A DNA stretch of 64,000 nt. It comes from Sphingobacteriia bacterium 24-36-13 (GTDB taxonomy: Bacteria; Bacteroidota; Bacteroidia; Chitinophagales; Chitinophagaceae). The stretch lies in contig NCHN01000017.1 of assembly GCA_002281875.1 (NCBI GenBank), positions 8,462 through 72,461 on the forward strand, read 5' to 3'. Position numbers and translations under genes: made by a program. This document shows positions 1 through 9,328 of this stretch, one piece after another. The first letter of the stretch is position 1. Every line of letters starts with the position of its first letter. Below the pieces are notes generated by a model. It made no database searches. It had not been told where the DNA came from and saw only the letters and a list, made by a program, of their open reading frames with translations.

Positions 1-583
1 CCGGAATTTCTATTCCATCTAAATAAAAAACATTTTCATTAGGAGCCCCGCCTCTTATGATGATATCGTTTCTGAAACCAGCAGTACTAGATGAGCCGCC
101 TACACCAGGCAATGCTTGTATTACTCTAGATATGTCAAAATTTCCTCCTGGGTTAGCTTTTATTTCTTCGCTGGTTAATCTTTGAACACTAAGGGGTGTT
201 TCTAATGTAGCTGCTTTTGCCGACTTGTTTCGATTGGTGCTGTTTACGGTTACAGCTGTTAATTCTTGAACAGTTGATTCTAATTCAATTACCATCGTAT
301 TTTCATTTCCACTGGCAATTGTGACATTAAATTTTGATTGAGTTGAATATCCTAATGCACTGAAAATGAATGAATAATATCCAGATTTGATTTGATTGAA
401 TTGGAACTTGCCCGCACTATCTGTAATTACTGATTTCTCTAATTGAACCAACTTAACCACAGCGCCTTGTATGGGCTTTTGTAATTGTTTATCTATAATT
501 ATTCCAGAAAAAACACCCGTGTTTTGAGCTTTTGATTGAAATAGGGTAAACAGTATCACTACTAACAAAGAGAAATGCTTCAT
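1..583 (-). CDS. TonB-dependent receptor, N-terminal part (CarboxypepD_reg-like domain + start of plug); gene runs off the window start
   Basis: Open frame on the minus strand from ATG (complement of 581-583) to position 1 with no stops. Translates MKHFSLLVVILFTLFQSKAQ (signal peptide), then GIIIDKQLQKPIQGAVVKL...SGYYSFIFSALGY (carboxypeptidase-regulatory fold), then plug-like NPGGNFDISRVIQALPGV...IIIRGG. Absent from the ORF track because it is open-ended. Confidence 0.8.
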   Translation of the reverse strand, partial: MKHFSLLVVILFTLFQSKAQNTGVFSGIIIDKQLQKPIQGAVVKLVQLEKSVITDSAGKFQFNQIKSGYYSFIFSALGYSTQSKFNVTIASGNENTMVIELESTVQELTAVTVNSTNRNKSAKAATLETPLSVQRLTSEEIKANPGGNFDISRVIQALPGVGGSSSTAGFRNDIIIRGGAPNENVFYLDGIEIP

Positions 584-665
584 AATTCGTCCATTTATCA
601 AATACCTAAGTTCAACAATAGGTTTTGCCTATTGTTTAATTATCTTCGGAATACCCAAAATTAAT

Positions 666-3527
666 ATGAACATGAGACTTACCCCATTTATTGTTTTCTT
701 ATTTCTAGCTATTGCTAGTTCGGCTCAAAAAAAACCATTGGATCATACTGTATATGATGGATGGCAAAATATTGCAGAACGTTTAATTAGCGATAATGGA
801 AACTTTATTGCGTTTACTGTTGTGCCTCAAGAAGGTGATGGACACTTGTACATCAAGAAAAAAGATGGAACTAATGTGGCTGAAATTGCAAGAGGATACA
901 ACGCTAATATGACCGACAATAGTCGTTTTTTAATTTGTAGAATTAAACCGTTTTTTAAAGATACCAGAGAAGCTAAAATTAAAAAGAAGCGTCCTGATGA
1001 AATGCCTAAGGATTCATTGGCTATTGTAGATTTAAATACTGGTAAAATTACCAAAGTAGCTCAGGTTAAAAGTTTTAAAATTTCAGATGAGCAAGCTCAG
1101 TTTCTTGCTTATCATTTAGAAAAAAAGCCGGCCACTCCTGCACCAAAGAATGCTCAAACAGATAGCTCAGCTAAGTCATTAGCGCCCGTTGCTCCCCCCG
1201 CACCAAGAGTTGCTGCAGAGCCTTTTGATGAAGGAACTGATTTAGTAGTTCAAAATTTAATAACAGGCGATACCATTGTTTACCATTTAGTAAGTGAATA
1301 TTTCTTTAATAAAAAAGGGAATATTTTGTTACTTGAAACTACCAAAAAGACCGGCGACGCCAAAATTAAACCTCAAGTAGTTAAAGTTGATTTGATGAAT
1401 AAGAAAAAGGCAATTGTTTTAACTGGTTTTAATGATGCCAAAGCTTATAGAATGGATGAGGTTGGAAATCAATTGGCATTTATAGCCGAAAGAGACAGTA
1501 GTACTAAATCACTTCAAAAATTTTACAAATTATATTACCACAAAGAAGGTACGGATAGCGCTGTTTTATTGGTACAAAAAAATACCAGTGGTATGCCTAC
1601 TAATTTCACTTTAAGTGAGAACGCACAAGCAATTAGTTTTAGTAAATCGGGGAATCGCTTATTTTTTGGGACAGGCCCTATTTTGCCTGTAAAAGATACG
1701 ATCACGCCTGACTTTGAAAGAGTAAGTGTTGATGTATGGCATTATAAAGACGATTATTTACAGCCTTTACAATTGCGTAACCTACAGCAAGAACTCAATC
1801 GAGCTTATTTAGCAAGATTTGATTTTGATAAAGGTACAGTAGTGCAAATTGGTAGTCCTGCTTTTAGGAGTATCATTCAAACGAATGAAGGAGATGGGGC
1901 TGTTTTTTATGGTGTATCAGACGAGGGAAAAAGAATTGCTTCTCAATGGCAAGGGGCTTCGTTTGCTGATTTGTATGCCATCAACCCTTTAACTGGTAGT
2001 AAACAACTTATACTAAGTAATGTAAAAGGAAATACTTATCCATCTTCTACTGGTAAATACTTAGTGGTTTATGATGAGGTTAAAAAGAAGTATACCTCAT
2101 TCAATAGTGAGTCTCAAAAAATGACTCCGATCGCTACTGATGTTAAAGTGCCCTTATATGATATTGAAAATGATGTTCCAGATGATCCTAATGCATACGG
2201 ATTAGTTGGTTGGATGGAAAATGATGAATCATTATTGATTTATGATCAATTTGATATTTGGCAAATTGATCCAATTGGAGTAAAACCTTCTATTAATATT
2301 ACAGGTGGTTTAGGGAGAAAAAATAATCTTGTTTTAAGAAATATAACTTTAGATAGAGAAGCTCGATTTATTAAAAAGAATCAGACTTTATTGCTAAATG
2401 TTTTCAATAGAAAAAATAAAGGAAGTGGCTTAAAGACGCATATAATGGGAACTTTGTTTGACATTGCTGCTTCAACTGCTACTTTGCCTTTGAGAATTTC
2501 TGCTGTGTCTAAAGCTAAAGATGCCTCAGTAATTAGTTTTGGAACAGAAACATTTCAGCGTTCATCAAATATATCTGTCATAGATTGGCAGCCAAATTCA
2601 ATTCTACAAGATGTGCAAACAGCACAATCTTTGCATCAACCTAATCCTCAGCAATCACAATATAATTGGGGAACAGCTGAATTATTCACATGGAAAGCTT
2701 ACACTGGAAAAACAGCTGAAGGCATTGTTTATAAGCCAGAAGATTTTGATCCCAATAAAAAGTATCCAATGATTGCTTATTTCTATGAAAGAAGCAGCGA
2801 TGGATTATTCGGATATAGCGCCCCTGCGCCAACTCCTTCAAGATTAAATATTCCATTTTTTGTAAGCAGAGGATACATAGTATTTGTTCCAGACATTTGG
2901 TATAAAACTGGATATCCTGGGCAAGGTGCTTATGATTATATTGTAAGTGGAACAAGGGCATTGGTTGCAAAAGGATATGTGGATAGTACCAAATTAGGGT
3001 TGCAGGGCCAAAGTTGGGGTGGATATCAAATTGCACATTTGATTACTCGTACCAATTTATATGCTGCAGCTTGGGCAGGTGCTCCTGTGGCAAATATGAC
3101 CAGTGCTTATGGTGGAATCCGTTGGGGTACTGGTTTAAATAGACAGTTTCAATATGAAAAAACACAGAGTAGAATAGGAGCTACGCTATGGGATAAACCC
3201 AATTTGTACATAGAAAACTCGCCGTTATTTCATTTCCCGAAAGTAAAAACACCTGTAGTTATCATGCATAATGATGCGGACGGAGCAGTTCCTTGGTACC
3301 AAGGCATTGAAATGTTTACAGCTCTTAGAAGATTAGGAAAGCCTGTTTGGATGTTGAATTATAACAATGAAGACCATAATTTAGTAGAGCGTAGAAATAG
3401 AAAAGATATTCAAATACGCGAACAGCAATTTTTTGATTATTTACTAAAAGGAGGTAAGCCTGCTAAATGGATAGCGGAAGGAGTACCTGCTGTTTTAAAA
3501 GGTAGAGATTGGGGTTTAGGATACTAA
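666..3527 (+). CDS. S9 family serine peptidase (prolyl oligopeptidase/dipeptidyl peptidase type), secreted
   Basis: 953 aa with signal peptide MNMRLTPFIVFLFLAIASSAQ. C-terminal alpha/beta-hydrolase domain has nucleophile elbow GQSWGGY, then HNDADGAVP and NNEDHNL (candidate Asp/His). Confidence 0.85.
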   Translation: MNMRLTPFIVFLFLAIASSAQKKPLDHTVYDGWQNIAERLISDNGNFIAFTVVPQEGDGHLYIKKKDGTNVAEIARGYNANMTDNSRFLICRIKPFFKDTREAKIKKKRPDEMPKDSLAIVDLNTGKITKVAQVKSFKISDEQAQFLAYHLEKKPATPAPKNAQTDSSAKSLAPVAPPAPRVAAEPFDEGTDLVVQNLITGDTIVYHLVSEYFFNKKGNILLLETTKKTGDAKIKPQVVKVDLMNKKKAIVLTGFNDAKAYRMDEVGNQLAFIAERDSSTKSLQKFYKLYYHKEGTDSAVLLVQKNTSGMPTNFTLSENAQAISFSKSGNRLFFGTGPILPVKDTITPDFERVSVDVWHYKDDYLQPLQLRNLQQELNRAYLARFDFDKGTVVQIGSPAFRSIIQTNEGDGAVFYGVSDEGKRIASQWQGASFADLYAINPLTGSKQLILSNVKGNTYPSSTGKYLVVYDEVKKKYTSFNSESQKMTPIATDVKVPLYDIENDVPDDPNAYGLVGWMENDESLLIYDQFDIWQIDPIGVKPSINITGGLGRKNNLVLRNITLDREARFIKKNQTLLLNVFNRKNKGSGLKTHIMGTLFDIAASTATLPLRISAVSKAKDASVISFGTETFQRSSNISVIDWQPNSILQDVQTAQSLHQPNPQQSQYNWGTAELFTWKAYTGKTAEGIVYKPEDFDPNKKYPMIAYFYERSSDGLFGYSAPAPTPSRLNIPFFVSRGYIVFVPDIWYKTGYPGQGAYDYIVSGTRALVAKGYVDSTKLGLQGQSWGGYQIAHLITRTNLYAAAWAGAPVANMTSAYGGIRWGTGLNRQFQYEKTQSRIGATLWDKPNLYIENSPLFHFPKVKTPVVIMHNDADGAVPWYQGIEMFTALRRLGKPVWMLNYNNEDHNLVERRNRKDIQIREQQFFDYLLKGGKPAKWIAEGVPAVLKGRDWGLGY

Positions 3528-3598
3528 AATGTTGAATCATCTGAACTATTTTGCATAACTTATAATGCATTTATCAAATGATTAGATACAAATAGTTC

Positions 3599-4426
3599 AT
3601 GCTTTGCTTTTTTCAATATAAATATGCAGCTGTTTGGGTTTTTGTAATAGTAGTTACAATTACTCAAACAGTTGCTTGGTTTATATATACTTTTGAAAAA
3701 AGTAGGGAGATTGAATTAGTCCAGAATGAGTCGGAGCATGTTAAACAACGAATTGAAGCGGCTTTAAGCCAAAGCAATAATGCTACTAGCATTATTGCTA
3801 TTATGATAGAGCATGATTTATTAAAAGACCATTTTGAAGAAGTTGCAAAAGAGCTTCTGAAACATAACGAATATTTAGATGCAATTCAGTTGGTTCGAGA
3901 CATGGTTATCATTAATACCTATCCTTTAAAGGGGAATGAACAAACTATTGGATACGATTTAACTACAGACAATGAACATATTCGGGAAATAATGTTGTCA
4001 TCTAGTTTAAATAGCCTTCATTTTGAAGGGCCTTTTAAACTAAGACAAGGTGGAGTGGGTTTTGTAGGTAGGTATCCCATTATTCAACATGATACTTTAT
4101 GGGGATATTCAGCCGTAGTAATTAAAAAAGAAAGGTTTATTCGATTTCTTGGATTAGATAGTATTGGGATGAATAAATCTTTTTTTTATCAAATTAAAAA
4201 GCAACAGGCAGGAAATAAATACATAGCATTATTTAATGAAAATGTAACCAATTTTTCTACCGGAATTGTACATGAACAATATATGCCTATTGGAGATTGG
4301 ATTATACAAGTTAAACTCCGAAATCCAGTTTACTTAAAAAGATCAATAATATTTTCTTTAGGTGGAATTGTTTTTTCACTGATTTTTAGTCTCCTCTTAC
4401 ATTGTAAACGAATACAGGCTAAATAA
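3599..4426 (+). CDS. Membrane protein made only of a CHASE-type extracytoplasmic sensor domain between two TM helices, with no output domain
   Basis: 275 aa. N-terminal TM (AAVWVFVIVVTITQTVAWFIY). CHASE-like core QTIGYDLTTDNEHIREIML...FEGPFKLRQGGVGFVGRYPI. C-terminal TM (IIFSLGGIVFSLIFSLLL) followed by only about 8 residues. Confidence 0.6.
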   Translation: MLCFFQYKYAAVWVFVIVVTITQTVAWFIYTFEKSREIELVQNESEHVKQRIEAALSQSNNATSIIAIMIEHDLLKDHFEEVAKELLKHNEYLDAIQLVRDMVIINTYPLKGNEQTIGYDLTTDNEHIREIMLSSSLNSLHFEGPFKLRQGGVGFVGRYPIIQHDTLWGYSAVVIKKERFIRFLGLDSIGMNKSFFYQIKKQQAGNKYIALFNENVTNFSTGIVHEQYMPIGDWIIQVKLRNPVYLKRSIIFSLGGIVFSLIFSLLLHCKRIQAK

Positions 4427-4466
4427 AAATAGTCCCAGCTACCAAAGGCTACTGGGACTATTTTTT
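4427..4466. terminator. Bidirectional intrinsic terminator between convergent genes
   Basis: TAGTCCCAG (4430-4438) pairs perfectly with CTGGGACTA (4452-4460). Flanked by an A-run upstream and T6 downstream, so it reads as hairpin plus U-tract on both strands. Confidence 0.75.
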
Positions 4467-4477
4467 AATTTGTCAAT

Positions 4478-6895
4478 TTATTTTGAATTCTTTACATACT
4501 TTTCTAGCCATTGGAATTGCTCCCATAGTGTATGTAACACATTTTCTTTTCCTCTGTAGCCATGCGCCTCATACGGCAAGTAAACAAACCTTACCGTTCC
4601 CCCATTTCCTTTTATTGCAGCAAATAGACGCTCGCTATTAATTGGGTAAGTACCCGTATTGTCGTCTGCTTCACCGTGAATTAATAAGATAGGGGTTTTG
4701 ATTTTATCTGCATAACTAAATGGACTCATATTGTAATACAATTCTGGGGCTTGCCAATAGGTTCTATCTTCATTTTGAAATCCAAATGGCGTGAGGGTTC
4801 TGTTGTATGCACCACTTCTGGCAATACCTGCTTTAAACAAATTGGTATGTGCCAATAAATTTGCAGTCATAAATGCCCCATAACTATGCCCACCAACAGC
4901 AACTCTGTTTTTGTCTGCGATACCTAATCCTGATAAATGTTCTATAGCAGATGCGGCGTTCAATTTCAATTGTTCAATAAAGTTGTCATTGGGTTTTTTA
5001 TCTTTTCCTGCAGCAACAATGGGCATTTCTGCATTGTCTAAAACGGCATAGCCTTGAGTTACATAGTAAATTGGGGAACCCCAACTTAAGGTAGTAAATC
5101 TGTCTTTACTTCCTCTAATTTGTGCAGCATCAGCTGCAGAGTTGAATTCTCTTGGGTAAGCCCAAATAATTAAAGGAAGAGGGCCTTTGTCTTTACTGTA
5201 TCCACTTGGTAAATATAAATCACCAGTTAAATCTACCCCGTCTGCTCTTTTATATTTTATTTTTTCTTTTGTAACCCCTTCTAAAGCAGGGTATGGGTTG
5301 GTGAAATTTGTGATAGCTCTGTCTGCTATTCTAAGCCGTAGATTTTTAATAAAATAATTGGGTACTTCTTTTTGTGATTCTTTTCTACTTAGTAAAATCA
5401 AATTATTGGCATCCAATACTTCTACTATAAATTCAAAACTGCCTACATTGGATCTCCAAATAATTTCATTTTGCTTAGTAGTTAAATCAAACTTTGCTAA
5501 AAATGGTAAATCTCCATTTGGAGAAGATCCTGTAGTGTTATTCATCAATAATTTTGTTCCATTTTCTATGGTGGTAATTACGTTGCGACCATATTTATTT
5601 TTACTAGTAACTGGTGAACCTGGGTTGCCATAAGCATCTGTTTGGTTACGCTCTAGTAATAATTCTAAACTTCCTTTACTTGAATTGAAAAGGTTTACTC
5701 TAACTAACTGCTTGCTTCTTGAAATTTCATTTACTAATGCAATATTTTCATTGCCCCAAGTAGTGCCTCCATATCTTAATTTGGTTTTGAATAGCAATGA
5801 GGCCTTTTCTGTAAAAGGGGCACTCAATGCATATACAGCGTCTCTAAATTCCACTTGTTTTTTAATGAGTCCACTATCTAAAGGTTCTGCCCAAGTAATA
5901 GTTGCCGCTTCATCATCTCTCCAATCAAAACTTCTTGGGACATTCTGTGTATTATCATAACCTGAAGGGGTGCCTTCTGTTGAAGGTAATTCGGCTACAA
6001 TTTTGATTGTTTTTCCAGCTAAATCGGTTATAATCATTTTAGATGGGAAGCCATTTGCCGTAACTAAATACGAAAACGGTTGCTGTAATTGTTTTTGTAA
6101 TAGGTATTTTTTATCAGGGGATAAGCTGAAACCACTTAATATACAAGGTTTGCCAGATAGCGTTTCTACTCCATTTTTACTAATCACTAATTGGGTTGTT
6201 GCATAAAACTGAAACAATTGTTCGTCATATGGGCTTTTTATTAAGTCTTGATAGGTAGGACTTGGAGCGGCTTTCCCTAAGTTCTGCTGTATGGTTGGAC
6301 CCTTTGGAGTAATTGGTCTTTTAGGGGCATTTGCAGCAGACGAGATGGTTGATTTATAAATAATAGTGTTATCGTCTACCCATGTATAAGGGTTGCCCAA
6401 CACTGAATTCAATGGTCGTTTGCTTACCAGACTGGCTTTTTTTGTAGCAATATCAATAATATAGAGTTCTACCTTATTACTACTTGTATGAGTAAAAGCT
6501 ATTTTAGTTTCTGAAGGACTCCAGCTAACTGCACCAGCCAAAAGCGTAGCAGGCAATCCTATAACTGAATAGACTTTATCTTCTTTTAAATTTTTAAGTT
6601 GAAAATTGTTGATATACGTTTGTCTGCTTGGAGAAAAGTTATTAGGATTTAGTCTTAAGCCAGCAACCCTAATTTCTGGTTGTCCTAATTCTTCTACTGT
6701 AGGGTAAGAGTTTCGTTCAGAAAGCAACATCCATACCCCTTTGCCGTCTACACTTACGGAAGGTGTTGGTTTTGCAAGTAATAAATCTTCAATTACTTTA
6801 GGTGGATTTTGATAACTGGCGGCATCTTGGCCAATAACCATTGTGGTGGTAACCAGAAAGGTTAATACAGTAAATAAATGTTTAATCATTTTCAT
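4478..6895 (-). CDS. S9 family serine peptidase, secreted
   Basis: 805 aa, signal peptide MKMIKHLFTVLTFLVTTTMVIGQ, C-terminal GGHSYGAF nucleophile elbow, IHGEADDN and YEAHGY motifs. Confidence 0.85.
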   Translation of the reverse strand: MKMIKHLFTVLTFLVTTTMVIGQDAASYQNPPKVIEDLLLAKPTPSVSVDGKGVWMLLSERNSYPTVEELGQPEIRVAGLRLNPNNFSPSRQTYINNFQLKNLKEDKVYSVIGLPATLLAGAVSWSPSETKIAFTHTSSNKVELYIIDIATKKASLVSKRPLNSVLGNPYTWVDDNTIIYKSTISSAANAPKRPITPKGPTIQQNLGKAAPSPTYQDLIKSPYDEQLFQFYATTQLVISKNGVETLSGKPCILSGFSLSPDKKYLLQKQLQQPFSYLVTANGFPSKMIITDLAGKTIKIVAELPSTEGTPSGYDNTQNVPRSFDWRDDEAATITWAEPLDSGLIKKQVEFRDAVYALSAPFTEKASLLFKTKLRYGGTTWGNENIALVNEISRSKQLVRVNLFNSSKGSLELLLERNQTDAYGNPGSPVTSKNKYGRNVITTIENGTKLLMNNTTGSSPNGDLPFLAKFDLTTKQNEIIWRSNVGSFEFIVEVLDANNLILLSRKESQKEVPNYFIKNLRLRIADRAITNFTNPYPALEGVTKEKIKYKRADGVDLTGDLYLPSGYSKDKGPLPLIIWAYPREFNSAADAAQIRGSKDRFTTLSWGSPIYYVTQGYAVLDNAEMPIVAAGKDKKPNDNFIEQLKLNAASAIEHLSGLGIADKNRVAVGGHSYGAFMTANLLAHTNLFKAGIARSGAYNRTLTPFGFQNEDRTYWQAPELYYNMSPFSYADKIKTPILLIHGEADDNTGTYPINSERLFAAIKGNGGTVRFVYLPYEAHGYRGKENVLHTLWEQFQWLEKYVKNSK

Positions 6896-6986
6896 ATTTG
6901 CTTAATTTATTTGGGCAATTCAATGCTGCTCAAATTACCAATAATTAGTTTAGTAAATGCAGCAATAAGGTGAACTAGAAAAAATA

Positions 6987-7018
6987 TTTGTCTTTGTTGA
7001 AATAGGGGCTTAGTTTTG
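6987..7018 (+). promoter_or_regulatory. Candidate Bacteroidota-type promoter (-33 TTTG / -7 TAnnTTTG) for the his leader and hisGDC..B
   Basis: TTTG at 6987-6990, a 20-nt spacer, then TAGTTTTG at 7011-7018 (exact TAnnTTTG). The predicted start site falls a few nt before the leader ATG at 7026. Confidence 0.4.
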
Positions 7019-7025
7019 CAACCTA

Positions 7026-7076
7026 ATGATACAAAATCTACATATACATCACCATCATATGCATCCGAAAGGGTAG
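7026..7076 (+). CDS. Histidine-operon leader peptide MIQNLHIHHHHMHPKG (16 aa, 6 His)
   Basis: ATG ATA CAA AAT CTA CAT ATA CAT CAC CAT CAT ATG CAT CCG AAA GGG TAG read directly. It lies between the candidate promoter and a terminator, 90 nt upstream of hisG. Confidence 0.75.
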   Translation: MIQNLHIHHHHMHPKG

Positions 7077-7110
7077 GCATCGGTGTATTGTACCAATATA
7101 TTGAATTCAA

Positions 7111-7137
7111 GCTTACCTACTGGTAGGCTTTTTTTTT
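7111..7137 (+). terminator. Intrinsic terminator (attenuator) between the his leader peptide and hisG
   Basis: GCTTACC (7111-7117) / loop TACT / GGTAGGC (7122-7128): a 7-bp stem with one G-U pair, followed by T9 (7129-7137). hisG ATG is at 7167. Confidence 0.75.
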
Positions 7138-7166
7138 GCTTTAACAGGAAGAATAAATAACGGAAC

Positions 7167-8042
7167 ATGAAAAATAATAATGAAAACTACAAATTGAGAT
7201 TGGCCATACAAAAAAGTGGAAGATTACACGATGATTCTATGCGTTTGTTGAAGGAATGTGGCATAGATATAAGCAATGGTGTAAACAAGTTGAAAGCAGA
7301 TGCAACCAACTTCCCAATAGAAGTGTTTTTCTTAAGAGACGATGATATTCCTCAATATGTTGAAGATGGGGTTGCAGATATTGGGTTTGTGGGAGAGAAT
7401 GTTGTTTTCGAAAAAAATAAAAAAGTAGAAATTGAAGAAAAGCTGGGGTTTGGTAAGTGTAGACTTAGTATGGCAGTTCAAAGAAACGAAGTATATGAGA
7501 ACGCCTATTTTTTGCAGAATAAAAAAATTGCCACTAGTTATCCGGTGATTGTCTCCAATTTTTTGAAAACAAAAGGCATTGAAGCAGAAATTCATGAAAT
7601 CAGCGGAAGTGTGGAAATTGCCCCCGGGATAGGATTAGCTGATGCCATTTGTGATTTAGTGAGTAGTGGATCTACCTTATTTATGAATGGGCTTAAAGAA
7701 GTGGAAGTTATTTTTGAATCTCAAGCTGTATTAATAAAGAATAATCTATTAAATGAAGTACAACAGCAATTATTGCAAAGACTTATTTTTAGAATTCAGT
7801 CGGTTAAGAAAGCAAAAAATAATAAATATATACTTCTAAATGCCCCCAACAATAAATTAGATGAAATCATAGGATTGCTTCCTGGTATGAAAAGTCCTAC
7901 TGTGTTGCCACTGGCAACAGAAGGCTGGAGCAGCGTACATAGTGTTTTAAATGAAAATGATTTTTGGAATATTATTGAACAACTGAAAGCGGCTGGTGCT
8001 GAGGGAATTTTAGTAGTTCCAATTGAAAAAATGATTATTTAA
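7167..8042 (+). CDS. hisG: ATP phosphoribosyltransferase, long form
   Basis: 291 aa. LRLAIQKSGRLHDDS N-terminus, and a length that includes the C-terminal regulatory domain. First gene of a his cluster. Confidence 0.9.
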   Translation: MKNNNENYKLRLAIQKSGRLHDDSMRLLKECGIDISNGVNKLKADATNFPIEVFFLRDDDIPQYVEDGVADIGFVGENVVFEKNKKVEIEEKLGFGKCRLSMAVQRNEVYENAYFLQNKKIATSYPVIVSNFLKTKGIEAEIHEISGSVEIAPGIGLADAICDLVSSGSTLFMNGLKEVEVIFESQAVLIKNNLLNEVQQQLLQRLIFRIQSVKKAKNNKYILLNAPNNKLDEIIGLLPGMKSPTVLPLATEGWSSVHSVLNENDFWNIIEQLKAAGAEGILVVPIEKMII

Positions 8043-8045
8043 GTT

Positions 8046-9323
8046 ATGATGAAAATACTTGAGTTTCCTGAAAGAGCAAGTTGGCCTGCAATCACAAAAA
8101 GACCTGAAGCAGATACTTTATTGCTAAATGAGAAAGTGGCGAATGTTTTAAATGCGGTGAAACTGAATGGTGATAAAGCTGTTCAGCAATATACATTAGA
8201 ATTTGATGGGGTACAACTCAATAATTCCTTTGTTTCTGAAGCAGAAATAAAAGAAGCCATTGATTTGCTTGACCCAACATTAAAGAAAGCTATTGAAGCT
8301 GCAGCTACTAATATTAGAAGGTTTCATTTGGCTCAAATTAATAAAGAATTACCCATAGAAACAATGCCTGGTATAACTTGCTGGCGCAAGTGGGTGGGGA
8401 TTGATAAAGTAGGCTTATATATTCCCGGTGGTTCGGCTCCCTTGTTTTCCACTATTTTAATGTTGGGTATACCCGCTGAAATTGCAAAATGTAAGCAAGT
8501 AGTACTTTGCTCTCCACCAGATAAAAACGGCAAATTACATCCTGCAATCATTTTTGCAGCCAATCTAGTTGGAATAAAGCAGTTGTATAAAATTGGCGGT
8601 GTACAAGCAATTGCAGCAATGGCATATGGAACAGAAACCGTTCCGGCTGTATATAAAATATTTGGACCAGGTAATCAATATGTAACCGCAGCTAAACAAG
8701 TGGTTCAGCAGAGTGGAGTTGCCATTGATATGCCGGCAGGACCCAGTGAAGTATGCGTATTAGCTGATGAAACAGCAGTGCCCAATTTTGTTGCAGCAGA
8801 TTTATTAAGTCAAGCCGAACACGGACCAGATAGCCAAGTATTATTGGTTAGTACTTCTGCTCAATTAATTAACACAGTTAATGAATGTTTAGTTAGTCAA
8901 CTAGCACTGTTGCCAAGAAAAGAATTAGCATTAAAAGCATTACAAAACAGCCGTGCTGTGTTGATGAGTAATTTGTCGGATGCAGTTGATTTAGTTAATG
9001 AGTATGCTGCAGAACATTTAATTATTGCTTGCGTAAATGCCAATGATATTGCCGAACAAATTTCAAATGCAGGATCTGTTTTCATTGGTAATTATTCACC
9101 TGAAGCAGTAGGTGATTATGCCAGCGGAACGAATCATACATTACCCACTAATGCCTATGCAAGAATGTATAGTGGGGTAAGTGTTGATAGTTTTATAAAA
9201 AAAATTACATTCCAGCAATTAACCAAAGAAGGGTTAACTGCAATTGCACAAACGGTTGAAACAATGGCTGAAGCAGAAGGATTAAGAGCCCATGCAGAAG
9301 CCGTAAGAGTGAGATTAAAATAA
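8046..9323 (+). CDS. hisD: Histidinol dehydrogenase
   Basis: 425 aa, SQAEHGPDSQ and GDYASGTNHTLPT motifs, 3-nt gap after hisG. Confidence 0.92.
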   Translation: MMKILEFPERASWPAITKRPEADTLLLNEKVANVLNAVKLNGDKAVQQYTLEFDGVQLNNSFVSEAEIKEAIDLLDPTLKKAIEAAATNIRRFHLAQINKELPIETMPGITCWRKWVGIDKVGLYIPGGSAPLFSTILMLGIPAEIAKCKQVVLCSPPDKNGKLHPAIIFAANLVGIKQLYKIGGVQAIAAMAYGTETVPAVYKIFGPGNQYVTAAKQVVQQSGVAIDMPAGPSEVCVLADETAVPNFVAADLLSQAEHGPDSQVLLVSTSAQLINTVNECLVSQLALLPRKELALKALQNSRAVLMSNLSDAVDLVNEYAAEHLIIACVNANDIAEQISNAGSVFIGNYSPEAVGDYASGTNHTLPTNAYARMYSGVSVDSFIKKITFQQLTKEGLTAIAQTVETMAEAEGLRAHAEAVRVRLK

Positions 9324-9328
9324 ATATT

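Noticed and set aside
1128-1220. Pro/Ala-rich low-complexity insert (PATPAPKNAQTDSSAKSLAPVAPPAPRVAAE) in the first S9 peptidase, locally GC-richer
   Set aside because: It looks like a flexible linker inside the propeller region. It is in frame and has no repeat structure at the DNA level. Not informative without an alignment.
5358-6206. Three ~80-90-aa plus-strand ORFs antisense to the S9 peptidase. Similar antisense ORFs occur at 827-1054, 2686-3036, 19128-19622, 27678-27974, 28352-28720, 32080-32454, 48341-48749, 52235-52523 and 55338-55762.
   Set aside because: All are nested in or antisense to long ORFs with clear family motifs. They have no motifs of their own and are expected at this frequency in AT-rich DNA.
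6907-7110. 67-aa minus-strand ORF in the track covering the hisG upstream region
   Set aside because: It lies antisense to the candidate promoter and His leader mini-ORF. It has no recognisable motifs and an odd composition. The plus-strand leader/terminator reading explains the region much better.
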